Assembly: GCA_036489635.1 (NCBI GenBank) | Contig: DASXFK010000089.1 | Coordinates: 33,794 to 97,793, forward strand | Reading direction: 5' to 3' | Source of the DNA: Rhizomicrobium sp. | GTDB lineage: Bacteria > Pseudomonadota > Alphaproteobacteria > Micropepsales > Micropepsaceae | DNA: 64,000 bases | Part shown: positions 18,264 through 27,095 of the stretch, piece by piece | How the letters are laid out: each line of letters starts with the position of its first letter | Position numbering within the stretch: position 1 is the first letter of the stretch | The notes under the pieces: model-generated | The model's input: the letters and a program-made list of their open reading frames with translations, nothing else | The model's database searches: none | Told to the model about the DNA's origin: nothing | Position numbers and translations under genes: made by a program

Positions 18264-19555
18264 GACGCGAGCCATCCGCCGTCAAAACCCGCACGTTTTA
18301 GGCCGGAGACAATGTAAGGACAGCCGCGCAGGAGTTTCCAGATCAGCCCGCTCTTTGCGTTCTCGAGCAGCATCACCAGGAGACCCTGATCCAATCCGTA
18401 CCATCCTTCCGACAGCCAGCCTTTGCCGTCACCGCCGCGCAGCGTGAGATTGAAACCGCTGGAGAACCGATCTTCGTTGCAGACTTGCGGATACGATGCG
18501 AGCAAATGCCGGGTCCCCCTCAGCGCAGCTTCGCGCGTGAACGGCAACGTCGCCAGCATCGCCCAGGGCGCGATCGTGCCGTCGTCCGGTCCATAAGGTG
18601 CGCCGCGCGACATGTAGCCGAAGAAACGCCGATCGCGGCCGTCCACACGCAATTCGCGGTAGCCGGGGCCGTCGCCGGCCGTGATGCCCCAAAAGTCGCG
18701 GCCGTAGCCTTCGTAATTGTCGGGATTGCGGGCGCCATATTCGCGATGAAGCGCAACAGCGGCTTTGGTGTTTTCGAAATAGTCGCTGTTTGACTGGCGC
18801 ATGAAAGCATCGCGGATGCCGCGAAAATCTATCCAGGCGTGTGAGAACAAGTGCGTGAACAGCGGACCGGAATAGAGGACATCCTTGCCCAGCAGATTCT
18901 CCCACTGATAGGTCATGGTCCATCCGCCGAAGCTGTTTGCCGCCAGCGGATGCGTCGGCGATCCCAGGCCGAGGACATAAAGGATGGTGGCCTCGTTATA
19001 GCCCTCCCAACCATAATGCAAAAAGCCGCATTCCGGCTTCCAGCCTTGCGCCACCGTTTCGAATCCGTCTTGCGCCCATGTCCAATCGACACGGCGATAG
19101 AGCGCGTCGGCCAATTCGCGGACTTCCACTTCCGCGCCGCCGCCGTCGAAATAGCACGAAGCGGTCAGCATGCCGGCGAGCAGCAATGTGGTGTCGATCA
19201 AGGACAGCTCGCATTGCCACACGCGCCGCCCGGTCTTCATGTCCAGAAAGTGATAGTAAAATCCCTTGAAGCCGGTGGCGTCCGGAGCTTCGCTCTGCAC
19301 GCTATCGCGGAAGAACTTGAGCGTCTTGAGCGTCACAGCGACCGCAGCCTCGCGCGTCATCCATCCGTTTTCGACGGCAATCGGATAAGAAGAAAGCGCG
19401 AAGCCCACCACCGCGATGCTGCAAGGCGAGCCGTCGCGCGACGTGTCGGCGACCAGGCCGTTTTCGGGATTTGCGTATTTCGCGATATAGGCGAATGCGG
19501 CGCGATGCAGGCGCGCAACCAGCGCATCGTCACCCTGTGGAGAGCCCTCATCCAC
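18260..19555 (-). CDS. Glucoamylase-family/GH144-like glycoside hydrolase (beta-1,2-glucanase-like), no signal peptide
   Basis: SIAVVGFAL, KGFYYHFLDM, ELSLIDT, WEGYNEA, GPLFTH, WIDFRGI, WGITAGDGP, DDGTIAP, GLDQG. Confidence 0.8.
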   Translation of the reverse strand: MDEGSPQGDDALVARLHRAAFAYIAKYANPENGLVADTSRDGSPCSIAVVGFALSSYPIAVENGWMTREAAVAVTLKTLKFFRDSVQSEAPDATGFKGFYYHFLDMKTGRRVWQCELSLIDTTLLLAGMLTASCYFDGGGAEVEVRELADALYRRVDWTWAQDGFETVAQGWKPECGFLHYGWEGYNEATILYVLGLGSPTHPLAANSFGGWTMTYQWENLLGKDVLYSGPLFTHLFSHAWIDFRGIRDAFMRQSNSDYFENTKAAVALHREYGARNPDNYEGYGRDFWGITAGDGPGYRELRVDGRDRRFFGYMSRGAPYGPDDGTIAPWAMLATLPFTREAALRGTRHLLASYPQVCNEDRFSSGFNLTLRGGDGKGWLSEGWYGLDQGLLVMLLENAKSGLIWKLLRGCPYIVSGLKRAGFDGGWLAS

Positions 19556-19557
19556 GG

Positions 19558-20991
19558 CTAATAGAAAATTTCGATTGCGGCGACGGCTTGCGGCGGCATC
19601 GTCACTTCGATGCGAAATCCGCCGTCATCGCGCGCGAAGGGTTGCGCTTCGCATGTCAGTTGTGAGGCCGCATCGAGTTCCGCCACGGTAGCGGCGCTGA
19701 GATATTCAGGCTTGCCAATCTGCTCCCAATGCCGCTTGGCGTTGGCGTGCTCCAGATCGATCCGCCGGATCGTCGCATTTGAGATGGTTTGGGCGCCTTT
19801 CAAGACAAACGAGACTTGCTGCGTGTCGATCGGATGGCGCGGCAGCGCGAAGTTCGTCAGCATCAAGGTTGCGGATTTTTCGCCGCGAACGAGCCACACA
19901 TCGACAGTCTCGTGATGTCCTTCCACGGCCACAAGCTGCGTCCCCAGTCCGTGCAGCAATTCGTAGGCCCGGTAGGACGGTTTGGCGATGCCGTGTATGT
20001 TCAAAAGGCCAAAGCCACCCTGAAACGGAACGGACGGAAAGTAATTTTCCTCGAAGATGTCCGAGAACGTCCAATAGCTGTATCCCTGGACCAGACCGTT
20101 CGCTTCCAGCACCGTCTTGACGATGAACACCGCAGCATACGGGTCGTCGTGCATCGGATCGCGCGGGTTGGAGGACGTACACCATTCCGTATAGTAGACG
20201 GGCAAATCGCCGGCCTGCTTGCGAACGCCGCGGGCTTCGTCTCGCAATACGCTGCGCTTGCTATCCGCCAGTTCTGTAACCGTATCGTCCCCGGGCTTGC
20301 CGAACGAGTCGGTGGGATAGTGATGCGTGGTGATGAAATCGGCGGGCAGATCGCTCTTTTTGCAAAAATCGATAAAATCTGAAATCCAGGCATTGTCAGC
20401 GGTTGCGGGACCGCCGACCTTGAGTTGCTTGTCCACCGATTTTATGGCCTCGACGGTGTAGCGATAAAGCACGAAATAATCGCTTTGCTTTGCGCTGCCG
20501 AAGGCTGTCAGATTCGGCTCGTTCCATACTTCGAAAAACCACTGGCGCACTTCGTCCAAGCCATAGCGCTCGACCCAGTGGTGCACGAGCTTGCGGATCA
20601 GCACCGACCAGTCGGCGGGATCGCGCGGCGGCGTCACATTGGCACGATAGTGGAAAACAATCTGATCGCCGGATGACAGCGCGGTCGGCATGAAACTCAA
20701 TTCGACGAAAGGTTTCATGCCGATCGAGAGCAGATAATCGAAGATCTGATCGGCGTTGAAAAACGAGTAGAGCAGCTCGCCACTCTGATTGATAAGCGTC
20801 CCCATATCGTCGCAAAGGATGCCGTGGAAACGCACATGCTTCATGCCCAATTCGTCATGCGCGCGTCTCAACTGCCGCTGCCAATCCGCGCGCAAACCAA
20901 GCGTGGCGTGACCGCTGCCGACAGTGTGTTCCCAGAAATGGGGAAGAGACGTTTGGACCCCGCCGAGGTCTCCGACAAAAGACGCAGCCAT
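19558..20991 (-). CDS. GH39 glycoside hydrolase (beta-xylosidase-like)
   Basis: VRFHGI, PFVELSFMP, EVWNEPN (acid/base), GGPA, YTEW (nucleophile), YWTFSDIFEE. Confidence 0.9.
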   Translation of the reverse strand: MAASFVGDLGGVQTSLPHFWEHTVGSGHATLGLRADWQRQLRRAHDELGMKHVRFHGILCDDMGTLINQSGELLYSFFNADQIFDYLLSIGMKPFVELSFMPTALSSGDQIVFHYRANVTPPRDPADWSVLIRKLVHHWVERYGLDEVRQWFFEVWNEPNLTAFGSAKQSDYFVLYRYTVEAIKSVDKQLKVGGPATADNAWISDFIDFCKKSDLPADFITTHHYPTDSFGKPGDDTVTELADSKRSVLRDEARGVRKQAGDLPVYYTEWCTSSNPRDPMHDDPYAAVFIVKTVLEANGLVQGYSYWTFSDIFEENYFPSVPFQGGFGLLNIHGIAKPSYRAYELLHGLGTQLVAVEGHHETVDVWLVRGEKSATLMLTNFALPRHPIDTQQVSFVLKGAQTISNATIRRIDLEHANAKRHWEQIGKPEYLSAATVAELDAASQLTCEAQPFARDDGGFRIEVTMPPQAVAAIEIFY

Positions 20992-21036
20992 TGGCACCGA
21001 GAGGTTGAACAGTCAGGGAACGCTCAGTTTAGCGAA

Positions 21037-21061
21037 AACGAACGGCATTGCCAGAAGTTGC
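21037..21061 (-). promoter_or_regulatory. Candidate EcfG/RpoE2-type promoter for the GH39 operon
   Basis: Minus strand GCAAC-N16-CGTT about 45 nt upstream of the start; one mismatch to GGAAC-N16/17-CGTT. Confidence 0.4.
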
Positions 21062-21128
21062 GTGGCGATTGTTACAGATAGATCACGTCCAACGCGCGGC
21101 CGCGTTCCATCGCAATCCACCGTATCGC

Positions 21129-21803
21129 TCAAAGCGCCGCGCTTCTCTTGCAAATTGTCAGAAGCGCATTCCGATCCCGTATGTGCAGGCCCGTGGCGTT
21201 GAGCTCGATCCATTTTGCCTTGCGCCAGCGCGAGAGCTTGCGGTTCACCGCTTCGCGCGTTGCGCCCACAAGATGTGCAAGATCGGACTGGGTGTAGATG
21301 ATGCGCCCATGCGCACCTTCCTCCAGAAGCAGGCGCGCAAGACGTTTGCCCAAGTCCATCGAGGCGTTGCGATCCACCAGGTGATCGGTCTCGCGCAGCC
21401 GCCCGACAAGAACCGACAGCAAAGCCAGCGCCGATTGGGGCTCGTCCTGCAACGCGCGGATGACGACGGCTCTGTCGACCCGCCACAACTCTGTCTTGCG
21501 CGTGGCGGTCGCGTCCGTCGAGCGGGGCACACCGTCGAGCACGCCCATTTCGCCAATGACGGTGCCGCTGCCGAGTCGCGCGATAAACACGTCGCGACCG
21601 TCAAGACCTTCGATCGTCACCTCGATTTCGCCGCTGAGAATCGCGTACGCCGCTTCGGCCGGGGTTCCGCGCGAAAACGCCTTGTCGCCTTTTGCAAGGT
21701 GGATAGGCGTGGCCTGTTCGGCCAAGGCGCGCCTGCGCTCAGCCGAAAGCACCGAAAACACTGGATTGCGCGCTAGCGCATCGCCCACATCCTTCACAGA
21801 CAC
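21129..21803 (-). CDS. Crp/Fnr-family transcriptional regulator with cNMP-binding domain
   Basis: Phosphate-binding cassette GEMGVLDGVPRST; HTH TQSDLAHLVGATREAVNR; no FNR Cys cluster. Confidence 0.92.
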   Translation of the reverse strand: MSVKDVGDALARNPVFSVLSAERRRALAEQATPIHLAKGDKAFSRGTPAEAAYAILSGEIEVTIEGLDGRDVFIARLGSGTVIGEMGVLDGVPRSTDATATRKTELWRVDRAVVIRALQDEPQSALALLSVLVGRLRETDHLVDRNASMDLGKRLARLLLEEGAHGRIIYTQSDLAHLVGATREAVNRKLSRWRKAKWIELNATGLHIRDRNALLTICKRSAAL

Positions 21804-22078
21804 GATTCACCCACCCCAAGCACCGTTCACCCTACCAACCGCGGAAAGCGGGGCAAACTCGTGAAACGTCTGGTTTCAAGAGCTGCCGCATATGATTTTC
21901 TTCAAATCTGTAAGGCGTTGATTTTGTTATGGAATATTGCATTTGCCGATATGTTAGCCCCCGTCGGGCCGGGGCCCGGGGCCTAACTATGTTTGGGGTG
22001 TGATCGCCTTGCATTGACGATACGGTGGTACGCGCACATCTTCCACGTGAAGTCACAAGCTCTACCGGGGGTATCCCA

Positions 22079-22888
22079 ATGTCGAATACATCTTCAAGCA
22101 AGCGCAAAATCTGGATTGGCGCTTCTGTCATTGTTCTCGCGGCTGCGGGCGTTTTGGCGGGTAGCCATTATCTGCCGCTGAATGGCAATGAGACCGCTGG
22201 TACGATCGCTCCGGCGACGCGCTATCACGACGCGCAGGTCCAGAGCTCGGACGTCAAGCTCGGCGATCAGAGCGTCGCGCAGTCGATGCAGACGGACGCC
22301 GATCAATCGACTCAAACCGTGGACGCAGCGAGCAGCGATGCCGCTTCTCGCGATGTAGCATCTCGCGAGGCTGCCTCGCGTATTGCGGCTTCCCGCGACG
22401 TGGCTTCCCGTGAGGCAGCGGCCCGCGTGGCGGCGTCTCGCGATGTTGCCTCGCGCATAGCGGCTTCGCGTGACGTGGCTTCCCGCGAAGCGGCTTCGCG
22501 TATTGCGGCTTCCCGCGATGTGGCCTCGCGTATTGCGGCGTCTCGCGATGTGGCCTCCCGTGAAGCGGCCTCGCGTATTGCGGCGTCTCGCGATGTAGCC
22601 TCCCGTGAAGCGGCCTCGCGTATTGCGGCGTCTCGCGATGTAGCCTCCCGTGAAGCGGCCTCGCGTATTGCAGCGTCTCGCGATGTAGCCTCCCGTGAAG
22701 CGGCCTCGCGTCAGGCGGCGTCCCGCGATGTGGCTTCTCGTGAAGCGGCCTCGCGTCAGGCGGCCTCCCGCGATGTGGCCTCCCGTGAAGCGGCCTCGCG
22801 TCAGGCAGCGTCTCGCGAAGCGGCTTCTCGTGAAGCAGCTTCTCGCCAAGCGGCGTCTCGCGAAGCGGCGTCCCGCGTCGTCCAGTAA
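22079..22888 (+). CDS. Exported or membrane-anchored protein with 37 tandem ASR-XX pentapeptides
   Basis: ATG at 22079 after GGGGG; KRK followed by hydrophobic helix; about 55-aa unique segment; 185-aa repeat; TAA followed by an intrinsic terminator. Confidence 0.85.
   Translation: MSNTSSSKRKIWIGASVIVLAAAGVLAGSHYLPLNGNETAGTIAPATRYHDAQVQSSDVKLGDQSVAQSMQTDADQSTQTVDAASSDAASRDVASREAASRIAASRDVASREAAARVAASRDVASRIAASRDVASREAASRIAASRDVASRIAASRDVASREAASRIAASRDVASREAASRIAASRDVASREAASRIAASRDVASREAASRQAASRDVASREAASRQAASRDVASREAASRQAASREAASREAASRQAASREAASRVVQ
22328..22882 (+). repeat. In-frame tandem repeat: 37 x 15 bp, with a higher-order 45-bp unit (ASRDV-ASREA-ASRIA/QA)
   Basis: Counted from the translation; third codon positions vary between units; near-identical 45-bp blocks around 22535-22715. 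Confidence 0.95.
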
Positions 22889-22905
22889 GGGGTTAAATGT
22901 TACAG

Positions 22906-22939
22906 AACAGCCGCCGGGTCGTCCGGCGGCTGTTTTTTT
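22906..22939 (+). terminator. Rho-independent terminator after the repeat gene
   Basis: Perfect 12-bp stem AACAGCCGCCGG / CCGGCGGCTGTT with a 5-nt loop, ending in a T7 tract. Confidence 0.88.
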
Positions 22940-22986
22940 GCGTCCGATTTTGCCAAGGTGAAACCGGGATACAGGCGGGGATAGCT

Positions 22987-25932
22987 TTGAGTGTTTGGCG
23001 TGGCAGGTCGCTTTTCCTGGCGGCGGTGCTTGTGGTGTTCGGCGCTTCCGCCAAAGCGGACGATGTCGAGCTCAGCAAGCTGGAGACGCCCGATCTTCGC
23101 CTACTCTATTACGACCCCATCCAAACCTATCTGACGCCCTACATCGCCCGCGCTTACGAAAACTCCTTCGCCTTCCAGCGCAAGATGTTCGACTGGACAC
23201 CGTGGGACAAGCCGACCGTCCTGCTGGAAGACCTCTCCGATGACGGCATCGCCTACGTTCACGCCGCGCCGTTCAGCGGCCTCGACGTCGATATCGCTCC
23301 CGAAAGCACGACCTTCGAAACCTTCACGCCCGGCGAGCGCTTCTTCACGACGATGAATCACGAACTGGTTCACGTCGCCACGCTGGACGTGTGGAACGAC
23401 CAGGATGCCTGGTGGCGCAATTTCTTTCACGGCAAAATAAGGCCCGAGACGGCTCACCCCGAGACGATTCTGTACGGCTATCTCACCCAGCCGCGCGCCG
23501 ATGTTCCGCGCTGGTATCTCGAAGGCAGCGCCGTGTTCATGGAGACATGGATGGGCGGCGGCTTTGGCCGCGCGCAAGGCGGCTATGACGAGATGGTTTT
23601 CCGCGCGATGGTGCGCGACAACGCCCATTTCTTCGATCCGCTGGGAGTGGAAGCGGAGGCCAACGCCGTCGATTTCCAGGTCGGCGTGAACGACTATCTC
23701 TACGGCACCCGGTTCGACTCCTATCTCGCGCTCACCTATGGGCCGGAAAAGCTGATCGCGTGGCTGAAGCGCGGCAAAGGCAGCAAGGGCTATTACGCCA
23801 ATCAGTTCCAGCAAGTGTTCGGCAAGAGTCTCGATGACGCCTGGGCCGACTGGATCGTGTTCGAGCACGCATTCCAGGAGAAGAATCTGCAAGCGGTGCG
23901 GAAGTATCCGGTGACGCCCGCCAAGCCGCTGACGCCCGCCGCGCTGGGCTCGGTGGCGCGCAGCTATTACGACCCGCATGACGACAGCCTGATCACCGCG
24001 ATGCGGCCACCGGGCCTTCTCGCCGCGATCGTTGAGATTTCGCTGAAAAACGGCAGCACGCGTGTCATCAAGACGATCAAGGGCCCGGCGCTCTACCTGG
24101 TCACGTCGCTGGCCTACGACCCGGTCACGAACAAGGCCTACTACACAACCGACAACTACACGTGGCGCAATCTGGTCCAGCTCGATGTCGCCACCGGCGA
24201 ATCGAAGGTGCTGCTCAAAGGTGACCGCATCGGCGATATCGTGTTCGACAACAAGGACGGATCGATCTGGGGCATCAGGCACGAAAACGGTCTGGATACG
24301 CTGGTGAGGGTCAAGCCGGACTTCAGCGGCTGGAACCAGATCGTCACGTTCCCCTATGGCACCGACGTCTCCGATCTGGATCTGTCGCCCAACGACGACA
24401 TGCTGAGCGCCACGGTCAGCGAGATCAACGGCAGCTCGCGGCTTGACGTCTATAATGTCGACGATCTGTACGACGGCAAGCAGAAGGCGGTTGCATCGCT
24501 GACGCTCGGCCAATCGATTCCCGAAAACGGTGCGTTCTCGCCGGACGGCAAATATCTATACGTGTCGTCGTATTATACCGGCGTTTCGAATATTTATCGC
24601 CTCGACATCGCGACAAACAAATACGAAGCGATGACCAATGCCGTAACCGGCTTTTTTCTGCCGCTGCCGATGGCAGACGGTTCGCTGATTGTTTACGAAT
24701 ACACCGGCGCCGGTTTCCAGCCGGTGCTCGTTCACCCCAAACCGCTCACCGATCTGAGCAGCATAACGTTCCTCGGCGCTGAGGTCGCCGACAAGCATCC
24801 CATCGTCAAGACATGGGGCGTCGGCTCGCCGAGCAAGGTGCCGCTCGATTCCATGATCACGAGCAGGGGCTCCTATGAGCCACAGGACAATCTGCTGTGG
24901 GACGGCTCCTATCCCGTTATCGCCGGCTACAAGGGCCATATCGCCGCCGGCTGGCATTTCCAGTTCGAAGATCCGCTGCAATATGACCGGCTGATCGCCG
25001 ACATCTCCTATTCGCCCGCCAGCGATTTGCCGCACGGGCAGCAACTCCATGCCGATGTGAGCTGGAGCACGCTGTTCTGGCACTTCACACTCGAACACAA
25101 CAACGCGGATTTCTACGATTTGTTCGGCCCCACCGAGCGCAGCCGCAAGGGCGACGCCTTGCTCATCAGCTACCACGACATACCCATCTACGATCTGCCG
25201 CAGCGCATGGATGTGATCGCCGATCTGAACCTGTTCACCGGCCTCGATACCTTGCCTGGTGCGCAGAATATCCAGAGCAATGACCGCAACATCGCGCAAG
25301 GCAAGGTCGAGGTGACCTATTCCGACATCACCAAAACGCTGGGTGCGGTGGACGACGAGGACGGCTATCGCATCTATGGCGGGGTCGAAGAGGATTACGC
25401 CCACAATCAGGGCTACACGCTCGTCCACGGTGGCTACGATTTCGGCTTTATTCTGCCCTGGGAGCATTCCTCGCTGTGGCTCTATACGGCGGCCGGAGCG
25501 ACCGGCGGCAACAAGAGCAATGCGCTGGACTATTTCTTCTTCGGCGCCTTCGGCAACAATTACGTCGACGATCGCGAGGTGAAGCGTTATCGCGATTACG
25601 ACAGCTTCCCCGGCTTCGGCATCGACGACATCAGCGCGCGCGATTTCGCCAAAACGACGCTGGAGTTCAACCTGCCGCCGGTCCGCTTCGAGGATATCGG
25701 TTCTTCCGCGTTCTATTTGAGCTCGCTGCGCAGCGCCCTGTTCGCGGGCGTTCTGGACGCGGACCCGGGCGACGAGGATCACAAGGTGCTTGAGAACCTG
25801 GGCTTCCAGCTCGACTGGAATTTCACCATCGCGGTGCGCCTGCCAATGACACTTTCGTTGGGCGATGCCGTCGGGTTCGAGGGTGGCCGCCCCCACGGCG
25901 ATGAAATCATGGTGTCTTTGAAGGTTTTGTGA
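22987..25932 (+). CDS. Large outer-membrane protein: gluzincin-like metallopeptidase domain, TolB/WD40-like propeller and probable C-terminal beta-barrel
   Basis: TTG at 22987 after GGGGA, signal peptide ending ASAKA; HELVH plus downstream WYLEGSA; propeller motifs LDLSPND and AFSPDGKYLY; C-terminal third of alternating aromatic/polar strands. Confidence 0.75.
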   Translation: MSVWRGRSLFLAAVLVVFGASAKADDVELSKLETPDLRLLYYDPIQTYLTPYIARAYENSFAFQRKMFDWTPWDKPTVLLEDLSDDGIAYVHAAPFSGLDVDIAPESTTFETFTPGERFFTTMNHELVHVATLDVWNDQDAWWRNFFHGKIRPETAHPETILYGYLTQPRADVPRWYLEGSAVFMETWMGGGFGRAQGGYDEMVFRAMVRDNAHFFDPLGVEAEANAVDFQVGVNDYLYGTRFDSYLALTYGPEKLIAWLKRGKGSKGYYANQFQQVFGKSLDDAWADWIVFEHAFQEKNLQAVRKYPVTPAKPLTPAALGSVARSYYDPHDDSLITAMRPPGLLAAIVEISLKNGSTRVIKTIKGPALYLVTSLAYDPVTNKAYYTTDNYTWRNLVQLDVATGESKVLLKGDRIGDIVFDNKDGSIWGIRHENGLDTLVRVKPDFSGWNQIVTFPYGTDVSDLDLSPNDDMLSATVSEINGSSRLDVYNVDDLYDGKQKAVASLTLGQSIPENGAFSPDGKYLYVSSYYTGVSNIYRLDIATNKYEAMTNAVTGFFLPLPMADGSLIVYEYTGAGFQPVLVHPKPLTDLSSITFLGAEVADKHPIVKTWGVGSPSKVPLDSMITSRGSYEPQDNLLWDGSYPVIAGYKGHIAAGWHFQFEDPLQYDRLIADISYSPASDLPHGQQLHADVSWSTLFWHFTLEHNNADFYDLFGPTERSRKGDALLISYHDIPIYDLPQRMDVIADLNLFTGLDTLPGAQNIQSNDRNIAQGKVEVTYSDITKTLGAVDDEDGYRIYGGVEEDYAHNQGYTLVHGGYDFGFILPWEHSSLWLYTAAGATGGNKSNALDYFFFGAFGNNYVDDREVKRYRDYDSFPGFGIDDISARDFAKTTLEFNLPPVRFEDIGSSAFYLSSLRSALFAGVLDADPGDEDHKVLENLGFQLDWNFTIAVRLPMTLSLGDAVGFEGGRPHGDEIMVSLKVL

Positions 25933-25992
25933 GATTGATCCGCGCCGCGATGCGCGAACGGTTCCGCCAGGGCTTGAAATCCGAAGGGTCAG

Positions 25993-27006
25993 ATGTCGTC
26001 CCATTTCGCGTTGAAGGCAGCACTGGGATTTGGGCCCGTTCTTCTCTTCCTTGCGGGGCTTGTCTATCTCGACAGTTTCAAGCTCGTTCGCTTTTCGCGG
26101 ATCGTCGGGGTTGTTCTGTCCGGCATGGCGGTCGCGGCGCTGGGCTATTTCATCGCCGGTCGGGTCATGGCATGGCAGCATCTGACGTTCTTCACTTACA
26201 GCCGCTATTACGCACCGTTCCTGGAAGAGGCGTTGAAAGCGCTTGTCGTGATCGCGCTATTCAGCCGCAACCGTATCGGCTTCATGATCGACGCGGCGAT
26301 CCTTGGTCTCGCCGTCGGCGCGGGCTTTTCGATCAGCGAGAATGTCTATTACGCCTATCTCTTTCCCGATGCGAATGTCGGCATATGGATCGTGCGCGGC
26401 CTCGGCACCGCGCTGATGCACGCCGGCACGACCGCCATCTTCGCAATATCGGCGCAAGCGCTGCGCGAACGGCACGCCCAGAGCGGATTGCTCGCGTATC
26501 TGCCCGGCTATCTTGTGGCGGCGTCCCTGCATTTGATCTTCAACCAGTTCACGCCATGGCCGTTTGCATCCACAATCGGAACCATCCTGGTGTTGCCGCT
26601 CGCGTTGCTCTTTCTTTTCGACAAAAGCGAGCATGAGGCACACGACTGGCTCATCCACGATTACGAAAGCCACGAACATCTGCTGGAGGACATCCGCACA
26701 GGGCGCTTCACCAACAGCGAAGCGGGGCGTTTCATCGCGTCACTCGCGGCGCGGTTTGGCGCCGCCGTCAGCGCGCTTATTTTCGCGTACATCAAACTGC
26801 ACACCGAGCTCGTGCTGCGGGCGGAAAATCGGCTTCTGGCAAAGGAGCGCGGCGAACGCGTCGCGGTCGGACCTGGCGACCGCAACGAATTCGCACGCCT
26901 GCATGCGCTTGAGCGACAGATCGGGCACACCGCTCTTCTCGTGATCTGGCCACATCTGAAATTCAGCCGCCGCGAGCTATTTGAACTGCATGAATTCGAT
27001 AAGTAG
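25993..27006 (+). CDS. prsW: PrsW-family glutamic-type intramembrane protease
   Basis: APFLEEALK, GFSISEN, LMHAGTT and LHLIFN motifs; multiple TM helices and a soluble C-terminal tail. Confidence 0.9.
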   Translation: MSSHFALKAALGFGPVLLFLAGLVYLDSFKLVRFSRIVGVVLSGMAVAALGYFIAGRVMAWQHLTFFTYSRYYAPFLEEALKALVVIALFSRNRIGFMIDAAILGLAVGAGFSISENVYYAYLFPDANVGIWIVRGLGTALMHAGTTAIFAISAQALRERHAQSGLLAYLPGYLVAASLHLIFNQFTPWPFASTIGTILVLPLALLFLFDKSEHEAHDWLIHDYESHEHLLEDIRTGRFTNSEAGRFIASLAARFGAAVSALIFAYIKLHTELVLRAENRLLAKERGERVAVGPGDRNEFARLHALERQIGHTALLVIWPHLKFSRRELFELHEFDK

Positions 27007-27095
27007 CGGTTTGCTTCAGCGCCACCATATCGCGCCGGCGCCCCGAGTTGGCCGATTGCCGCGTTGGTTCGATGGCACCGCCGGCCGAATCCTCG

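Noticed and set aside
21999-22057. CRP box (TGTGA at 21999, TCACA at 22053)
   Set aside because: Only isolated half-sites; each partner half at N6 spacing matches 1 of 5
22094-22849. 251-aa antisense ORF with RRRNTRGRFTGG repeats
   Set aside because: Mirror of the sense repeat; the sense frame has the RBS, signal segment, invariant residues and terminator
22328-22882. Tandem array as a CRISPR or non-coding repeat
   Set aside because: No unique spacers; the 15-bp unit stays in frame with synonymous variation; no cas genes
22897-22986. N-terminal extension of the 1011-aa ORF
   Set aside because: It runs through the terminator hairpin; the signal peptide fits a TTG start at 22987
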